Below, piece by piece: positions 1 to 9,190 of a DNA stretch of 64,000 nt. The translations under genes were made by a program, and so were the position numbers. A model generated the notes under the pieces. The model had not been told where the DNA came from, did no database searches, and saw nothing but the letters and a program-made list of their open reading frames with translations. The DNA is taken from positions 17,641 to 81,640 of the forward strand of contig JBBRNO010000015.1 in the NCBI GenBank assembly GCA_038230275.1, in the 5' to 3' direction. This DNA comes from Bryobacterales bacterium. Its GTDB lineage: Bacteria > Acidobacteriota > Terriglobia > Bryobacterales > Bryobacteraceae. Every line of letters begins with the position of its first letter. Positions within the stretch are counted from its first letter, which is position 1.

Positions 1-453
1 CAAAATACAAAACGAAGCCAATCGCTTCTCTCTCTTCTTGGCATCGGATTTCAGGCGGTCCGGTTCGTAGCTGGCGAGCACGGCCCCTTCCACCGCCGCA
101 GTGATCTGCTCCGGGGTGGCATTTTCCAGTGCTAACGTGATACTGCTGAGTGACTTAGCCTTCAACGCGCGCACTGCGGCCCCGACAACTTTCCGCAGTT
201 CGGTGGTGTTGAATTTCTCCGCCGGACCCGCGCCGACGGCCGCCAGGCGCTTTGCCTTCAATCCGGAAGGGCGGTGTAAAATGGCGATCTCGAACGGTTT
301 GCCGGTGAATTCCTTGCTTTCGCGGAGGTCGTCGAACCAGCCGCCGGTCGCCGCATTCAACGGGTGCGCACCCTGCTGATTCTCGAAGGCCAAGGTCACG
401 ACAACGTCGGCCGGGTACTGCTCAATGGGTGTTGCGTCTAATCGGATATCCAT
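1..453 (-). CDS. pepA: Leucyl aminopeptidase (peptidase M17), N-terminal part; the gene runs off the left edge
   Basis: My own minus-strand translation from the ATG at 453-451 reads MDIRLDATPIEQYPADVVVTLAFENQQGAHPLNAATGGWFDDLRESKEFTGKPFEIAILHRPSGLKAKRLAAVGAG...VLASYEPDRLKSDAKK. The frame stays open to nt 1. The layout matches the M17 N-terminal domain. It is absent from the ORF track because no stop lies in the window. Confidence 0.7.
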   Translation of the reverse strand, partial: MDIRLDATPIEQYPADVVVTLAFENQQGAHPLNAATGGWFDDLRESKEFTGKPFEIAILHRPSGLKAKRLAAVGAGPAEKFNTTELRKVVGAAVRALKAKSLSSITLALENATPEQITAAVEGAVLASYEPDRLKSDAKKREKRLASFCIL

Positions 454-459
454 ATCGCC

Positions 460-936
460 CTAATCGTAGTTTCTCTTCTGTTGCATGGCCTTGCGGGCTT
501 CATCGTTCTGTTCCTTGGTCCGTTCAGCCTCGCGTTTGTCGTGTACTTTCTTGCCCTTTCCCACCGCGAACTCGCACTTGATCTTTCCATTCTTAAGGTA
601 CAGTTTGGTGGGGATTAACGTCAGCCCCTTCTCGCGGATTTTCGCGTGCAGTTTGGTGATTTCCGACCGGTGCAGCAACAGTTTTCGCTTCCGGACCGGC
701 TCATGATTCTCACGGTTGCCATGGGAATACTGGCTGATATGCGCGTTCAGCAGCCACGCCTCATTATCGATCACGTCGGCGTAGGCGTCTTTGAGCTGCA
801 CCTTGCCGGATTTGGCGGCCTTTACTTCGGTTCCCGAGAGCGCGATTCCCGCTTCATACTTCTCCAGCAGAGTGTAGTTGTGCCCGGCCGACCGGTTATC
901 GCTCAGGATTTTTATGGGGGCCGCTGGATCTCGCAA
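460..936 (-). CDS. smpB: SsrA-binding protein SmpB
   Basis: 158 aa. Typical SmpB strings are present: [32 protein letters not shown] and [12 protein letters not shown]. The size is correct. Confidence 0.95.
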   Translation of the reverse strand: MRDPAAPIKILSDNRSAGHNYTLLEKYEAGIALSGTEVKAAKSGKVQLKDAYADVIDNEAWLLNAHISQYSHGNRENHEPVRKRKLLLHRSEITKLHAKIREKGLTLIPTKLYLKNGKIKCEFAVGKGKKVHDKREAERTKEQNDEARKAMQQKRNYD

Positions 937-1034
937 GGTTTTCGTCTCAACGCGAACAAACCGCGCTGCGTCAGATGTTTATGTGACAGCTCGGCCAATT
1001 TGAGTGTAGCACAAGGCCATTTTCTTCTCCTAAG

Positions 1035-3404
1035 GTGTGTGTTTTGATACAGTTCAGGAAATTTCTCCTACTATCGATGCTCGTTGCGGCATTACTGATC
1101 GCCAAGAACAAGTCCGGCGAGAAATTGATGAAGGAGGGCGGGGAGGCCGAGGCCCGAAAGGAATACGACAAGGCCCTGGAAGCTTATGAAAAAGCTTACA
1201 CCGCTGATCCGAAAGACCCCGCCTACCAAATGGCCGTGCGGCGAATGCGCTTTCAGGCGGCCACCAGCCACGTCTCGCTAGGTCAAAAGATCCGGGCCGC
1301 CGGGAATCTTGAGGACAGCCTGAAAGAGTTCCAGAAGGCGTACGCCACCGATCCGGCGCTGGCAATTGCGGAACAGGAAATCCGCCGCACGAAAGAGATG
1401 ATCGAGCGGGAAAAGAAGAAACCCGCTGGACCCGGAGCGGCGTCCACGCCGGAAGACCGCGGCCTGACACCGAGCCAGAAGTCCGCCAAGGAGATGGAGG
1501 CAAAGTCGGCGAGTATCCTGGCGATTCCCGAATTGAAGCCCATCACCCGCCAGATCAGCACCCTGAAAATGAACAATCAGCCGGTCAAGGTTCTGTACGA
1601 GACGGTGGGGAAACTGGCGGGCATCAATGTCGTGTTCGATTCCGAGATCCAGCCGCCGCCGGGCGGCAAGAATACGTTCACCGTGGATCTTTCCAACACT
1701 ACTCTGGAAGAAGCCCTCGATTACCTGGCCATTCAAACCCGCACTTACTGGAAGCCTCTTTCTGCTAACGCCATATTTATTACCAACGACAACGTTCAGA
1801 AGCGCCGGGACTTTGAAGACTATGTAGTCAAGGTTTTCTACATTAAGAACGCCACTCTGCTGCAGGAATTGCAGGAAATCTCCACCACCGTGAGGTCGGT
1901 TACGGAAATCCGCCGCGCGTTCACCTACGGTGCGCAGAATGCCATTCTGGTCCGCGGCACCGCCGATCAAGTTGCCTTGGCCGAGAAGCTGATCTTGGAT
2001 TTGGATAAGCCGAAGGCCGAGGTGGTGGTGGATATTCTGGTAATGCAGGCGAGCCGGACGAGAGCCCGTGACCTGGCTGCGACATTTACCACCGGCGGCG
2101 CCGGCGGCATCAATTCACCCATCGGTTTCGGTTCGACCGCCGCCGCGTCCGGTGGAACGGGAACCACTGCGGCTGCGGTGGTCAATAGCCTTCCATTAAA
2201 CCGCCTGAATAGTATCTCCCTCGGCGATTTCTCCGTTGCTGTTCCTGGCGGGTTGATCCAGGCGCTGTTAACCGACAGCACGACACGAGTGTTGCAACAG
2301 CCGCAAGTCCGGGCTGTCGATGGCCAGAAGGCGTCGCTGCGGATCGGCGACAAGGTGCCCTATGCGACCGGTAGTTTCGGCGGAGGCCTGGGCGCCAGTG
2401 TCGGCGTCGGCGTCAGTCCGCTGGTTAGTACTCAGTTCAGCTTTGCCGAAGTCGGAGTCAACGTGGATATGGTTCCAAAGATTCATGGCCGCGACGAGGT
2501 TTCGCTCCACATTGAACTCGAAATCTCGAATGTCAGTTCCTATGTGAAAATCGGGGACATCTCACAGCCGGTAATCAGCCAGAAGAAGATAGCGCACGAT
2601 ATTCGGATTCGTGAGGGCGAAGTAAGTCTGTTGGGCGGACTGATGCAGGTGCAGGATTCAAAGCTGGTTGCCGGACTTCCATGGCTGGCGAGTTTGCCTA
2701 TCTTGGGTCCGTTGTTCGGCACTCACCACCAAGATAACAGCGACAGCGAGTTGTTGATTGCGCTGATTCCCCACATTGTGCGCGCGCCGGATTATAGCGA
2801 CGCTAATTTGCGCGGTGTTTCGGCGGGTACCGATCAGAATGTGAAATTGAACTATGCCCCGCGGCCGGAAGCGCCCGCACCACCGCAGGCTGCAACACCG
2901 GCGACGCCACCGCTGGGAACTCCCGCCGCGCCCGCGCCCACGGCGCCTGTTTCCGTGGATCCGGCTCCGGCTGCCCCGGCAGCGGCTGGACCAGTGCGGA
3001 TTTTCTTCAACCCGCCAAATTTGCAGACGCAGTTGAGCGGAGTGGTAACGGTTGCGCTACAGATTGAGAACGCGGCCGATCTATTCGCTGTGCCGTTGAA
3101 GTTGAAGTTCGATCCGAAGATTCTGCGGCTCAGCAGCGTCAAGGAAGGCAATCTGATGGGTGGGGACGGGCAGAAGATCAACTTCACCGAGAACACTTTG
3201 AACGATACCGGAGACGCTTCCATTGTCTTGAACCGGACAGCGGGCACAGGCGGGATCAGCGGTTCCGGCGCGTTGGTCAACCTTACTTTCCAGGCGGTGG
3301 GTCGCGGAACTTCTACAGTGACGGTAGGCGATCTGACTTTGGTGAATTCCACGTCGAAACCGATTGTGGCCGCACCGCCGGTTTTGAGTGTGGTGGTGCA
3401 ATAG
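1035..3404 (+). CDS. Secretin (GspD/PilQ family) with an N-terminal TPR-like region and a C-terminal cohesin-like module
   Basis: 789 aa. Secretin core: VLQQPQVRAVDGQKASLRIGDKVPY ... ISQKKIAHDIRIREGEVSLLGGLM ... LLIALIPHIVR. This is followed by a Pro/Ala linker and then a cohesin-type domain (VVTVALQIENAADLFAVPLKLKFDPKILRL...GALVNLTFQAVGRGTSTV). The start codon is uncertain. Confidence 0.85.
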   Translation: MCVLIQFRKFLLLSMLVAALLIAKNKSGEKLMKEGGEAEARKEYDKALEAYEKAYTADPKDPAYQMAVRRMRFQAATSHVSLGQKIRAAGNLEDSLKEFQKAYATDPALAIAEQEIRRTKEMIEREKKKPAGPGAASTPEDRGLTPSQKSAKEMEAKSASILAIPELKPITRQISTLKMNNQPVKVLYETVGKLAGINVVFDSEIQPPPGGKNTFTVDLSNTTLEEALDYLAIQTRTYWKPLSANAIFITNDNVQKRRDFEDYVVKVFYIKNATLLQELQEISTTVRSVTEIRRAFTYGAQNAILVRGTADQVALAEKLILDLDKPKAEVVVDILVMQASRTRARDLAATFTTGGAGGINSPIGFGSTAAASGGTGTTAAAVVNSLPLNRLNSISLGDFSVAVPGGLIQALLTDSTTRVLQQPQVRAVDGQKASLRIGDKVPYATGSFGGGLGASVGVGVSPLVSTQFSFAEVGVNVDMVPKIHGRDEVSLHIELEISNVSSYVKIGDISQPVISQKKIAHDIRIREGEVSLLGGLMQVQDSKLVAGLPWLASLPILGPLFGTHHQDNSDSELLIALIPHIVRAPDYSDANLRGVSAGTDQNVKLNYAPRPEAPAPPQAATPATPPLGTPAAPAPTAPVSVDPAPAAPAAAGPVRIFFNPPNLQTQLSGVVTVALQIENAADLFAVPLKLKFDPKILRLSSVKEGNLMGGDGQKINFTENTLNDTGDASIVLNRTAGTGGISGSGALVNLTFQAVGRGTSTVTVGDLTLVNSTSKPIVAAPPVLSVVVQ

Positions 3405-3411
3405 AGCCGTG

Positions 3412-3882
3412 ATGCCGGGAAAGCGTCGAAATCAGCGCGGGCTGACTTTGGTGGAGTTGATTGTGGCATTCACCATCATGCTGATCCTCACCACGATGGT
3501 TGTGCCCATGGCGCGCTATAAGGTGCGCCGGGATCGCGAGCGAGATCTGCGCTACGCATTGCGGGAAATCCGTACGGCGATCGATAAGTACAAGGACATG
3601 TCGGATTCAGGACAGCTGCCGCCGGCGAAATTGGGAACCGAAGGCTATCCGGAAACTCTGGAAATGTTGGTGGAGGGTGTGAAGAAAGCCGGCCAGGTAG
3701 ACCAGAAAATCAAGTTCCTGCGCCGCATTCCCAAAGATCCGTTCACCAATTCCACCGATTGGGGAAAGCGAAGTATGCAGGACGACCCCAAGACCTTGGG
3801 CGGTGGCGGGCAAAACGTATTTGATGTATTTACGAAGACTACGGAGAAGGCACGCGATGGCAGCGCATACTCAGATTGGTAA
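3412..3882 (+). CDS. Type II secretion / type IV pilin-like pseudopilin (GspG-like)
   Basis: Prepilin signal KRRNQRG|LTLVELIVAFTIMLIL, with Glu at +5. I chose the ATG at 3412 rather than the track start at 3388, which overlaps the secretin. The C-terminus is DGSAYSDW. Confidence 0.85.
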   Translation: MPGKRRNQRGLTLVELIVAFTIMLILTTMVVPMARYKVRRDRERDLRYALREIRTAIDKYKDMSDSGQLPPAKLGTEGYPETLEMLVEGVKKAGQVDQKIKFLRRIPKDPFTNSTDWGKRSMQDDPKTLGGGGQNVFDVFTKTTEKARDGSAYSDW

Positions 3883-4276
3883 ACTAGACCGGCGCCGCCG
3901 CGGGTTCACCATCATTGAGTTGATGGTGGTGATGACGATCATCTCGATTCTGGTGTCGTTGGCCGTGCCGTTCTATCAGAAGTCGATCCTGCGGGCGAAA
4001 GAGTCGGTTCTACGTAACAACCTCTTTACGATGAGGACGGTGATCGACGAATACACCTACGACAAACAGAAAGCGCCGCAGACTCTTCAGGATCTGGTGA
4101 GTGAAGGCTATCTGCGGGTAGTTCCACGGGACCCGGTGACGGATTCCGATTCCAGTTGGAAGATCATCATGGAAGACGCGAGCGGCAGCGTGAATCAGAA
4201 CGAATCGGGGATCTTCGACGTGCGCAGCGGGTCCAGCAAGATGAGCCTGGATGGAACCGCTTACTCGGAGTGGTGA
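3857..4276 (+). CDS. Second GspG-like pseudopilin
   Basis: Prepilin signal RRRRG|FTIIELMVVMTIISIL, with Glu at +5. The ATG at 3857 is codon 19 of the track ORF. The C-terminus is DGTAYSEW, paralogous to the upstream gene. Confidence 0.85.
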   Translation: MAAHTQIGKLDRRRRGFTIIELMVVMTIISILVSLAVPFYQKSILRAKESVLRNNLFTMRTVIDEYTYDKQKAPQTLQDLVSEGYLRVVPRDPVTDSDSSWKIIMEDASGSVNQNESGIFDVRSGSSKMSLDGTAYSEW

Positions 4277-4560
4277 CGGCTGGATTTTTCAGCGCTCGTT
4301 ATCACCTTCGCGGGTATAGACCTCGCGCGGAAATGTATCTACATTTTCACCACGGCATCTCAGGACGAAAATGCGGTGATGCCCGTCAAGCATTGTGCCG
4401 TCCGGTCTTGTCTTGAGACAATGCTCCTGACCAGGAGCGAGGGATTCCTTCAAGCGGCCGGAGGGAAGCTAAACTCCTCAACCCTGCATGACAGCTTTAA
4501 CAACTCTCTGCGTACAAGCCACCTTCCACCCCAGCTTTACAGCCGACGCCCCTGAGGAGG

Positions 4561-4767
4561 GGCTTGACGCAAGCGGCAGTAGTCCCCTCGCAATTCGTAC
4601 TAGGCCGAGAAGCGTCGCGTTGCCTTCACATACGCTTTGCGTGTGTGGTCGCTGTTGATCTACGCAGTGAAGAATTCCGCCGCCCGCCGCGCCGCCTTCG
4701 GTGTCGGGGCGAAGAGCCTGGCCGGAGCCAGTTCGACGGCGGGGGAGAGGATGACCTCAGTAGTCAC
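4561..4767 (-). pseudogene. Relic of a tyrosine recombinase/integrase (N-terminal core-binding region only, with two in-frame TAG stops)
   Basis: My own minus-strand translation reads VTTEVILSPAVELAPARLFAPTPKAARRAAEFFTA*INSDHTRKAYVKATRRFSA*YELRGDYCRLRQA. The stops lie at 4662-4660 and 4602-4600. The pattern EFFTA.I....TR.AY....F..W(C)E..G is typical of one integrase family's N-terminus. No catalytic domain is recognisable downstream. Confidence 0.6.
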
Positions 4768-5537
4768 CAGGTTTCTCCCACAGCCGTAGCTTCTTCGGTG
4801 AAACCTTCTTGCTGAAGAAGCTCTTTGTAAAGAGTCATGGCCAATTGGGCCCTCTGTTTTATGTCAGGGTGATCGAACAGCTTTCCGTCAAGGCAACGGT
4901 CGAAGACGCGAAGGATAAGCCGATGCTGGTCTGCCAGCATTAGAAATTCTTGTTGGACGCGATCTTCCGTCACCCCAAACGAATTATCTGTGCCTCCGTC
5001 CAATCGTGAAGTTTGCGCCCATTCATAGCCGAGAAGATGTTCGGGGGTGAAATGGACCGAGAAATCAGAGAGTGTTCCGATCACAGATTGAAGATCCGCG
5101 TATAAGGGCTCAGTGAAAGTGGCTTTATACGCAGGGGTGAAGGTTTTGGGTTTCTCCCCGTTCGACCGACTTTCCCAGCGAGTCTTTCGGGTCTCGATGT
5201 TTTTCCATTCTTCAAAATTTGAAGCATCCGCTTTCACAGCTAGACACACCTTTGCTGCCTCAATCGCCCGGCGAGTAATGGCGGGGCCGTCTTCGGGTTG
5301 TCCACTCGATAGGACCGTGGCCGCCGAAAGTAGCGCCCGGTGACAAATAAGGAAACACATGTGGAGAAAGTTGTCTTGTTCCCCTCCGGTTTTCGGGAAA
5401 GGGGCTTTAAGGTAGGCCAAGCGATAGAGCTCGTCCAGGTGATCGACAAGTTGGTACATTGGGCAGCCCCGGTTCGCTTCGAAGAACGTTCGGCCCGCTT
5501 CCACAAATGTTTTCCAGTTGACTACGTTGTGAGCCAT
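4764..5537 (-). CDS. Hypothetical protein (second gene of an orphan pair); possibly a DUF5677/AbiV-like helical protein
   Basis: 257-aa ORF with clean coding appearance, 12 nt downstream of the 200-aa ORF. The only resemblance I can offer is weak: the CHRALLSAATVL...ITRRAIEAAKVCLAV region looks like DUF5677/AbiV helical proteins. It was not verified. Confidence 0.6.
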   Translation of the reverse strand: MAHNVVNWKTFVEAGRTFFEANRGCPMYQLVDHLDELYRLAYLKAPFPKTGGEQDNFLHMCFLICHRALLSAATVLSSGQPEDGPAITRRAIEAAKVCLAVKADASNFEEWKNIETRKTRWESRSNGEKPKTFTPAYKATFTEPLYADLQSVIGTLSDFSVHFTPEHLLGYEWAQTSRLDGGTDNSFGVTEDRVQQEFLMLADQHRLILRVFDRCLDGKLFDHPDIKQRAQLAMTLYKELLQQEGFTEEATAVGETW

Positions 5538-5549
5538 AGGCCTTGTAGA

Positions 5550-6152
5550 TTACAACTTGGTTGGCGCCTTGGTCTTGAGTTTCATCTTGCCGTCCTTGAT
5601 TTCCACAATGGGATGAGAGTGCATGACCGTTTCCCATTCAACGTTGAGCGCATAGTCTGTCGATTTGTTCTTCACGATTACGCGCTCTACGAAGTGCGTA
5701 GGCTTTGACGCTTTCGATGGTTTCAGTTCCAACGGTGCATCTTCAATGACCCCGGCGAGCTTTTTGCGGAAATCATGCCAAGTCGTGTCGTCCGTACAGA
5801 GTTCCGTAGGTAAGCCGACTGATTCGAGCAGCGCGCTCAACTGTTCCCGGAACAACGTCTCGTTGAAAAACGCGACCGCTTCGTCCTCCAGTTTCAGGTC
5901 CACGGTACCATTGGCCTTCCGATACATCACTTCGTCGAGCAGCCGTACGATTCTGTCCGCCACTGGCGAGCCGGACAACTTCGTATGGACGACCCAATTC
6001 CCGTAAAAGTTCGGTGCCGGATACAGTTCTTTCTTGCCGTCGTGCTCCAACAACTTCCGAATCTCGACAAGAATGTACACTACCTGCATTTCAGTTTCGA
6101 TGGGCTGTGTCAGTGCTGAGTGCAGTTTCTCAATGATGGAATGGCGCGCCAT
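5550..6152 (-). CDS. Hypothetical protein (first gene of an orphan pair)
   Basis: 200-aa ORF. A GAGG-like Shine-Dalgarno motif (gaggtagggt) precedes the ATG. I can assign no known motif. Confidence 0.6.
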   Translation of the reverse strand: MARHSIIEKLHSALTQPIETEMQVVYILVEIRKLLEHDGKKELYPAPNFYGNWVVHTKLSGSPVADRIVRLLDEVMYRKANGTVDLKLEDEAVAFFNETLFREQLSALLESVGLPTELCTDDTTWHDFRKKLAGVIEDAPLELKPSKASKPTHFVERVIVKNKSTDYALNVEWETVMHSHPIVEIKDGKMKLKTKAPTKL

Positions 6153-6200
6153 ACCCTACCTCGACAGTGACAATTGCGAATCATCACTTCGTTGTAAATC

Positions 6201-6416
6201 TTAGACTATTCCCTTTAAACGGCGCATGGAGGAGATAGCTCCCAAAAAGTCGCACCAAGGTCCGACGAACTGGTTCCGCTCCAGGTTCCTTCTGAAAGCA
6301 TCCAAACTGCACCTTGCTTTATTGACGGTGGGCTCACCCGCTTCAAACATCACCAATTTCACCGGGCTAAGCGAGGCATCCGGGTGCAGCGGAAGCAACG
6401 GCGGTTGGCCGTTCAT
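6201..6416 (-). CDS. Small hypothetical protein; its start overlaps the phosphatase stop (ATGA)
   Basis: 71-aa ORF. Its ATG (6416-6414) overlaps the TGA (6415-6413) of the upstream phosphatase. No recognisable motif. It could be a non-coding shadow. Confidence 0.3.
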   Translation of the reverse strand: MNGQPPLLPLHPDASLSPVKLVMFEAGEPTVNKARCSLDAFRRNLERNQFVGPWCDFLGAISSMRRLKGIV

Positions 6417-6916
6417 TGATGCGTCGCAGCGCTCCCGGCGAAGTGATTAATCCACTCCAGTTGCTCTTGTGTCTCAGGAACTGATAGCCCGCGCGCGGCG
6501 CTTAACTGTCTTACCGCAGTCTCCGGATCGATGCCTTTCCTTAGCAAGAGACAGGCGGCGACAAGTCCGGTACGCCCAATTCCTTGTCGACAGTGGAGGA
6601 CGACGTTTCTACCGTCCTTGAGTTCGACCTCCAGGTTTTCCAGGGCCTTCGTAAATTCAGCTTCGGAATTCGGTACTTGTCGATCAAGGATTGGATAAGA
6701 CAGGAATTTCATGCCATGCGCCCGCGCTGCAGCAGCCTCGCGTGCGATGTCCAGATCCCGTTCTTCCTCAGCCGTCAGCAGCGAGAAGACCGTATCTACG
6801 CCGCCGCGGCGCCAACTCGCAATCTCGTCCTCAAGCCATTCTCCACCGCGTGGACGAGCTGCGAGGGCCAGCCTTCCCGGCCATGGTCCATCAACCCAAT
6901 GCAGCTCTGTCCACAT
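6413..6916 (-). CDS. Protein-tyrosine / dual-specificity phosphatase
   Basis: 167 aa with the CX5R P-loop HCRQGIGRTG. Confidence 0.85.
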   Translation of the reverse strand: MWTELHWVDGPWPGRLALAARPRGGEWLEDEIASWRRGGVDTVFSLLTAEEERDLDIAREAAAARAHGMKFLSYPILDRQVPNSEAEFTKALENLEVELKDGRNVVLHCRQGIGRTGLVAACLLLRKGIDPETAVRQLSAARGLSVPETQEQLEWINHFAGSAATHQ

Positions 6917-6924
6917 CGATTGCT

Positions 6925-7308
6925 CTACTTCGGTTTATAGGCGATGCAGTCGATCTCAACCTTCATCCGCGCATCGGCGAATTTCGTCTCCACCGTGGTC
7001 CGCGCGGGCTTGCTGTCCTCGAAAAACTCCCGGTATACGGCATTCATCGCCTGAAAATCGTTGCCGTCCCTCAGAAATACAGCGCACTTCACCACATCCG
7101 CCATCGATGCCCCGCAACCTTCCAGCACGCGCTGGAGGTTGCCGAGCACGACACGCGTCTCATGCTGAATATCGCCGTAGGAAAATTCGTTCGTGGTCTG
7201 GTCGATTGGTCCCTGACCGGAGAGATAGAGAAAGTCCCCCGCACGAACTGCAAGTGAATAGGGACTCTTCGGTACAGGAATCCCCGCTGGATTGATACGT
7301 TCGATCAT
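6925..7308 (-). CDS. ridA: RidA/YjgF family reactive-intermediate deaminase
   Basis: 127 aa. The strings YSLAVRAGDFLYLSGQ, VKCAVFL and ARTTVE match the family layout. Confidence 0.9.
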   Translation of the reverse strand: MIERINPAGIPVPKSPYSLAVRAGDFLYLSGQGPIDQTTNEFSYGDIQHETRVVLGNLQRVLEGCGASMADVVKCAVFLRDGNDFQAMNAVYREFFEDSKPARTTVETKFADARMKVEIDCIAYKPK

Positions 7309-7325
7309 AGTTTTATGTCCGTGTC

Positions 7326-8714
7326 CTATACCGTCTTCTTCGGCCGCGGAGCGCGGCGCACTCTTGGCGGGCGGTTCTCCACATTGCCTTCCGCGGCGCG
7401 CTTTCTGGGGCGCGGCGCACGCTTCACAGGCTTCGGCGTAATCGGCGGAGTCGGTGCCACCATGGACGGCTGTCCTTCCACAATCGGTTGCGGCTCGTCA
7501 ATGTCTTCATCTTCGTCCTGCATCGGCAGCGCTTCCACAGGGGGCGGGGCCGGCGGATAAAACTCGGCGCCCAGGAACACCAGCAGCCCCTTCTCTTCGT
7601 CGGGCTCAATGCGGACCACTAGCTTGTCCTGTGCGAAGTTGAGGAACTCGGCGAACTCTTGGAATCCGTAGTTCTTGATATCCAGATTCGGATTCTCGGC
7701 CCTGACCCAAGTAGCCAGATCCTCGGCCATGCAGCCTTCCTCTTCCAGTTCCAGGCGATGCGTTTCCAGTACGTCGCGCAGCATGGGCAATAACTCTTCG
7801 GGCTTCAATTTCGCGGTTTCCTGCACCAGGGAGCCCTTTCGCTCGATGGTGTAGCGTCCGCCGGTGCCACTGACGTTGACGTAATCGGCTTTCTTCAACT
7901 TCTCCACAAAATCAGAGAAGCTGCCCGCTCCATAAGCCCGTTCGCTGAATGCCGAATCCAGTTGCAACATGGTGGATTTCAGCAAGCCAAGCTGTGGCTG
8001 CACTGCCCGGCGTTCCAACACCTGCAAAGCGCGTTCCACCAGCGGCATGGCCTGTATCAGGTCCAGCGGCGCGGGGCGTCCCCGCTGTTGTTGCGGCGGA
8101 CGCGGCGGCCGGTCCCCACTTCCTTGATACTGCTGTGAGCCCTGCTGTGGACCCTGTTGTTGCGGCTGCTGGCTTTGCTGCGTGGGCTGCTGCTGTCTGC
8201 CGTCGCTGCGTTTCGGATCGTCCAACAGCGATTCGTAGCTGATGAACTCATGGCAGTTCTGTTGCAGGATGGTGCTGGTAAAGGCCTTCCCGCCGACGAC
8301 GAAAACGGTCTTCCCGAATTCTCGAAGCTTGTTCACCAGCGGGATAAAGTCGCTGTCGCCGCTAACAATGGCGAATGCATTCACGTGGCTATGAGTGAAT
8401 GCCATCTCAAGGGCGTCCAGCGCCAGGTTAATGTCGGCGCCGTTCTTGTCGCCGCGCGGGGAAGGAATCCGCTGCACCATCTGGACGGCGCTTTCGGCCA
8501 TCTGGCGGGTGGCGCCTTCCTGGCGGCCCCAATTCGCGTAGGCGAATTTGGCGACGATGTCGCCCCGTTCCTTTAAAGCGTCCAGCGGAAGCGATACGTC
8601 AAACTCGCGCCGCAGCGTAGACTTCACGCCAATCTCAATATTGTCATAATCGACAAAAACCGCTATGTTCAGTTTCTCTTGCATTAAAAGATCTCTCAAT
8701 GGATATTGGGCCAA
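7326..8714 (-). CDS. NYN-domain (LabA-like) protein with an OST-HTH/LOTUS domain and a Q/P-rich linker
   Basis: NYN core: NIAVFVDYDNI ... AIVSGDSDFIPLVNKLREFGKTVFVVG. A low-complexity QQPTQQSQQPQQQGPQQGSQQ linker follows. An OST-HTH-like region (SFSDFVEKLKKADYV) is present. Confidence 0.85.
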   Translation of the reverse strand: MAQYPLRDLLMQEKLNIAVFVDYDNIEIGVKSTLRREFDVSLPLDALKERGDIVAKFAYANWGRQEGATRQMAESAVQMVQRIPSPRGDKNGADINLALDALEMAFTHSHVNAFAIVSGDSDFIPLVNKLREFGKTVFVVGGKAFTSTILQQNCHEFISYESLLDDPKRSDGRQQQPTQQSQQPQQQGPQQGSQQYQGSGDRPPRPPQQQRGRPAPLDLIQAMPLVERALQVLERRAVQPQLGLLKSTMLQLDSAFSERAYGAGSFSDFVEKLKKADYVNVSGTGGRYTIERKGSLVQETAKLKPEELLPMLRDVLETHRLELEEEGCMAEDLATWVRAENPNLDIKNYGFQEFAEFLNFAQDKLVVRIEPDEEKGLLVFLGAEFYPPAPPPVEALPMQDEDEDIDEPQPIVEGQPSMVAPTPPITPKPVKRAPRPRKRAAEGNVENRPPRVRRAPRPKKTV

Positions 8715-8741
8715 TCCCGCCTGTGGCGGGCCGTACTTCTC

Positions 8742-9158
<417 letters not shown>

Positions 9159-9190
9159 CCGGAAAATTTAGCAATCACTTCTTACATTCA

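Noticed and set aside
101-379. 92-aa plus-strand ORF at the left edge
   Set aside because: It is antisense to the pepA N-terminal coding region, which translates into a convincing M17 N-domain.
4277-4560. Possible tmRNA, tRNA or other structured RNA near smpB and the integrase relic (a typical integration target)
   Set aside because: On neither strand could I find a GGTTCGA-type T-loop with an acceptor stem, a tag-peptide reading frame ending in ..LAA, or an RNase P-like GGAAAGTCCGG box. Only short generic hairpins are present (for example 4388-4395 pairing with 4418-4425).
4564-4815. 83-aa plus-strand ORF
   Set aside because: It is the antisense shadow of the integrase relic and overlaps the 3' end of the 257-aa gene. 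It does not look protein-like.
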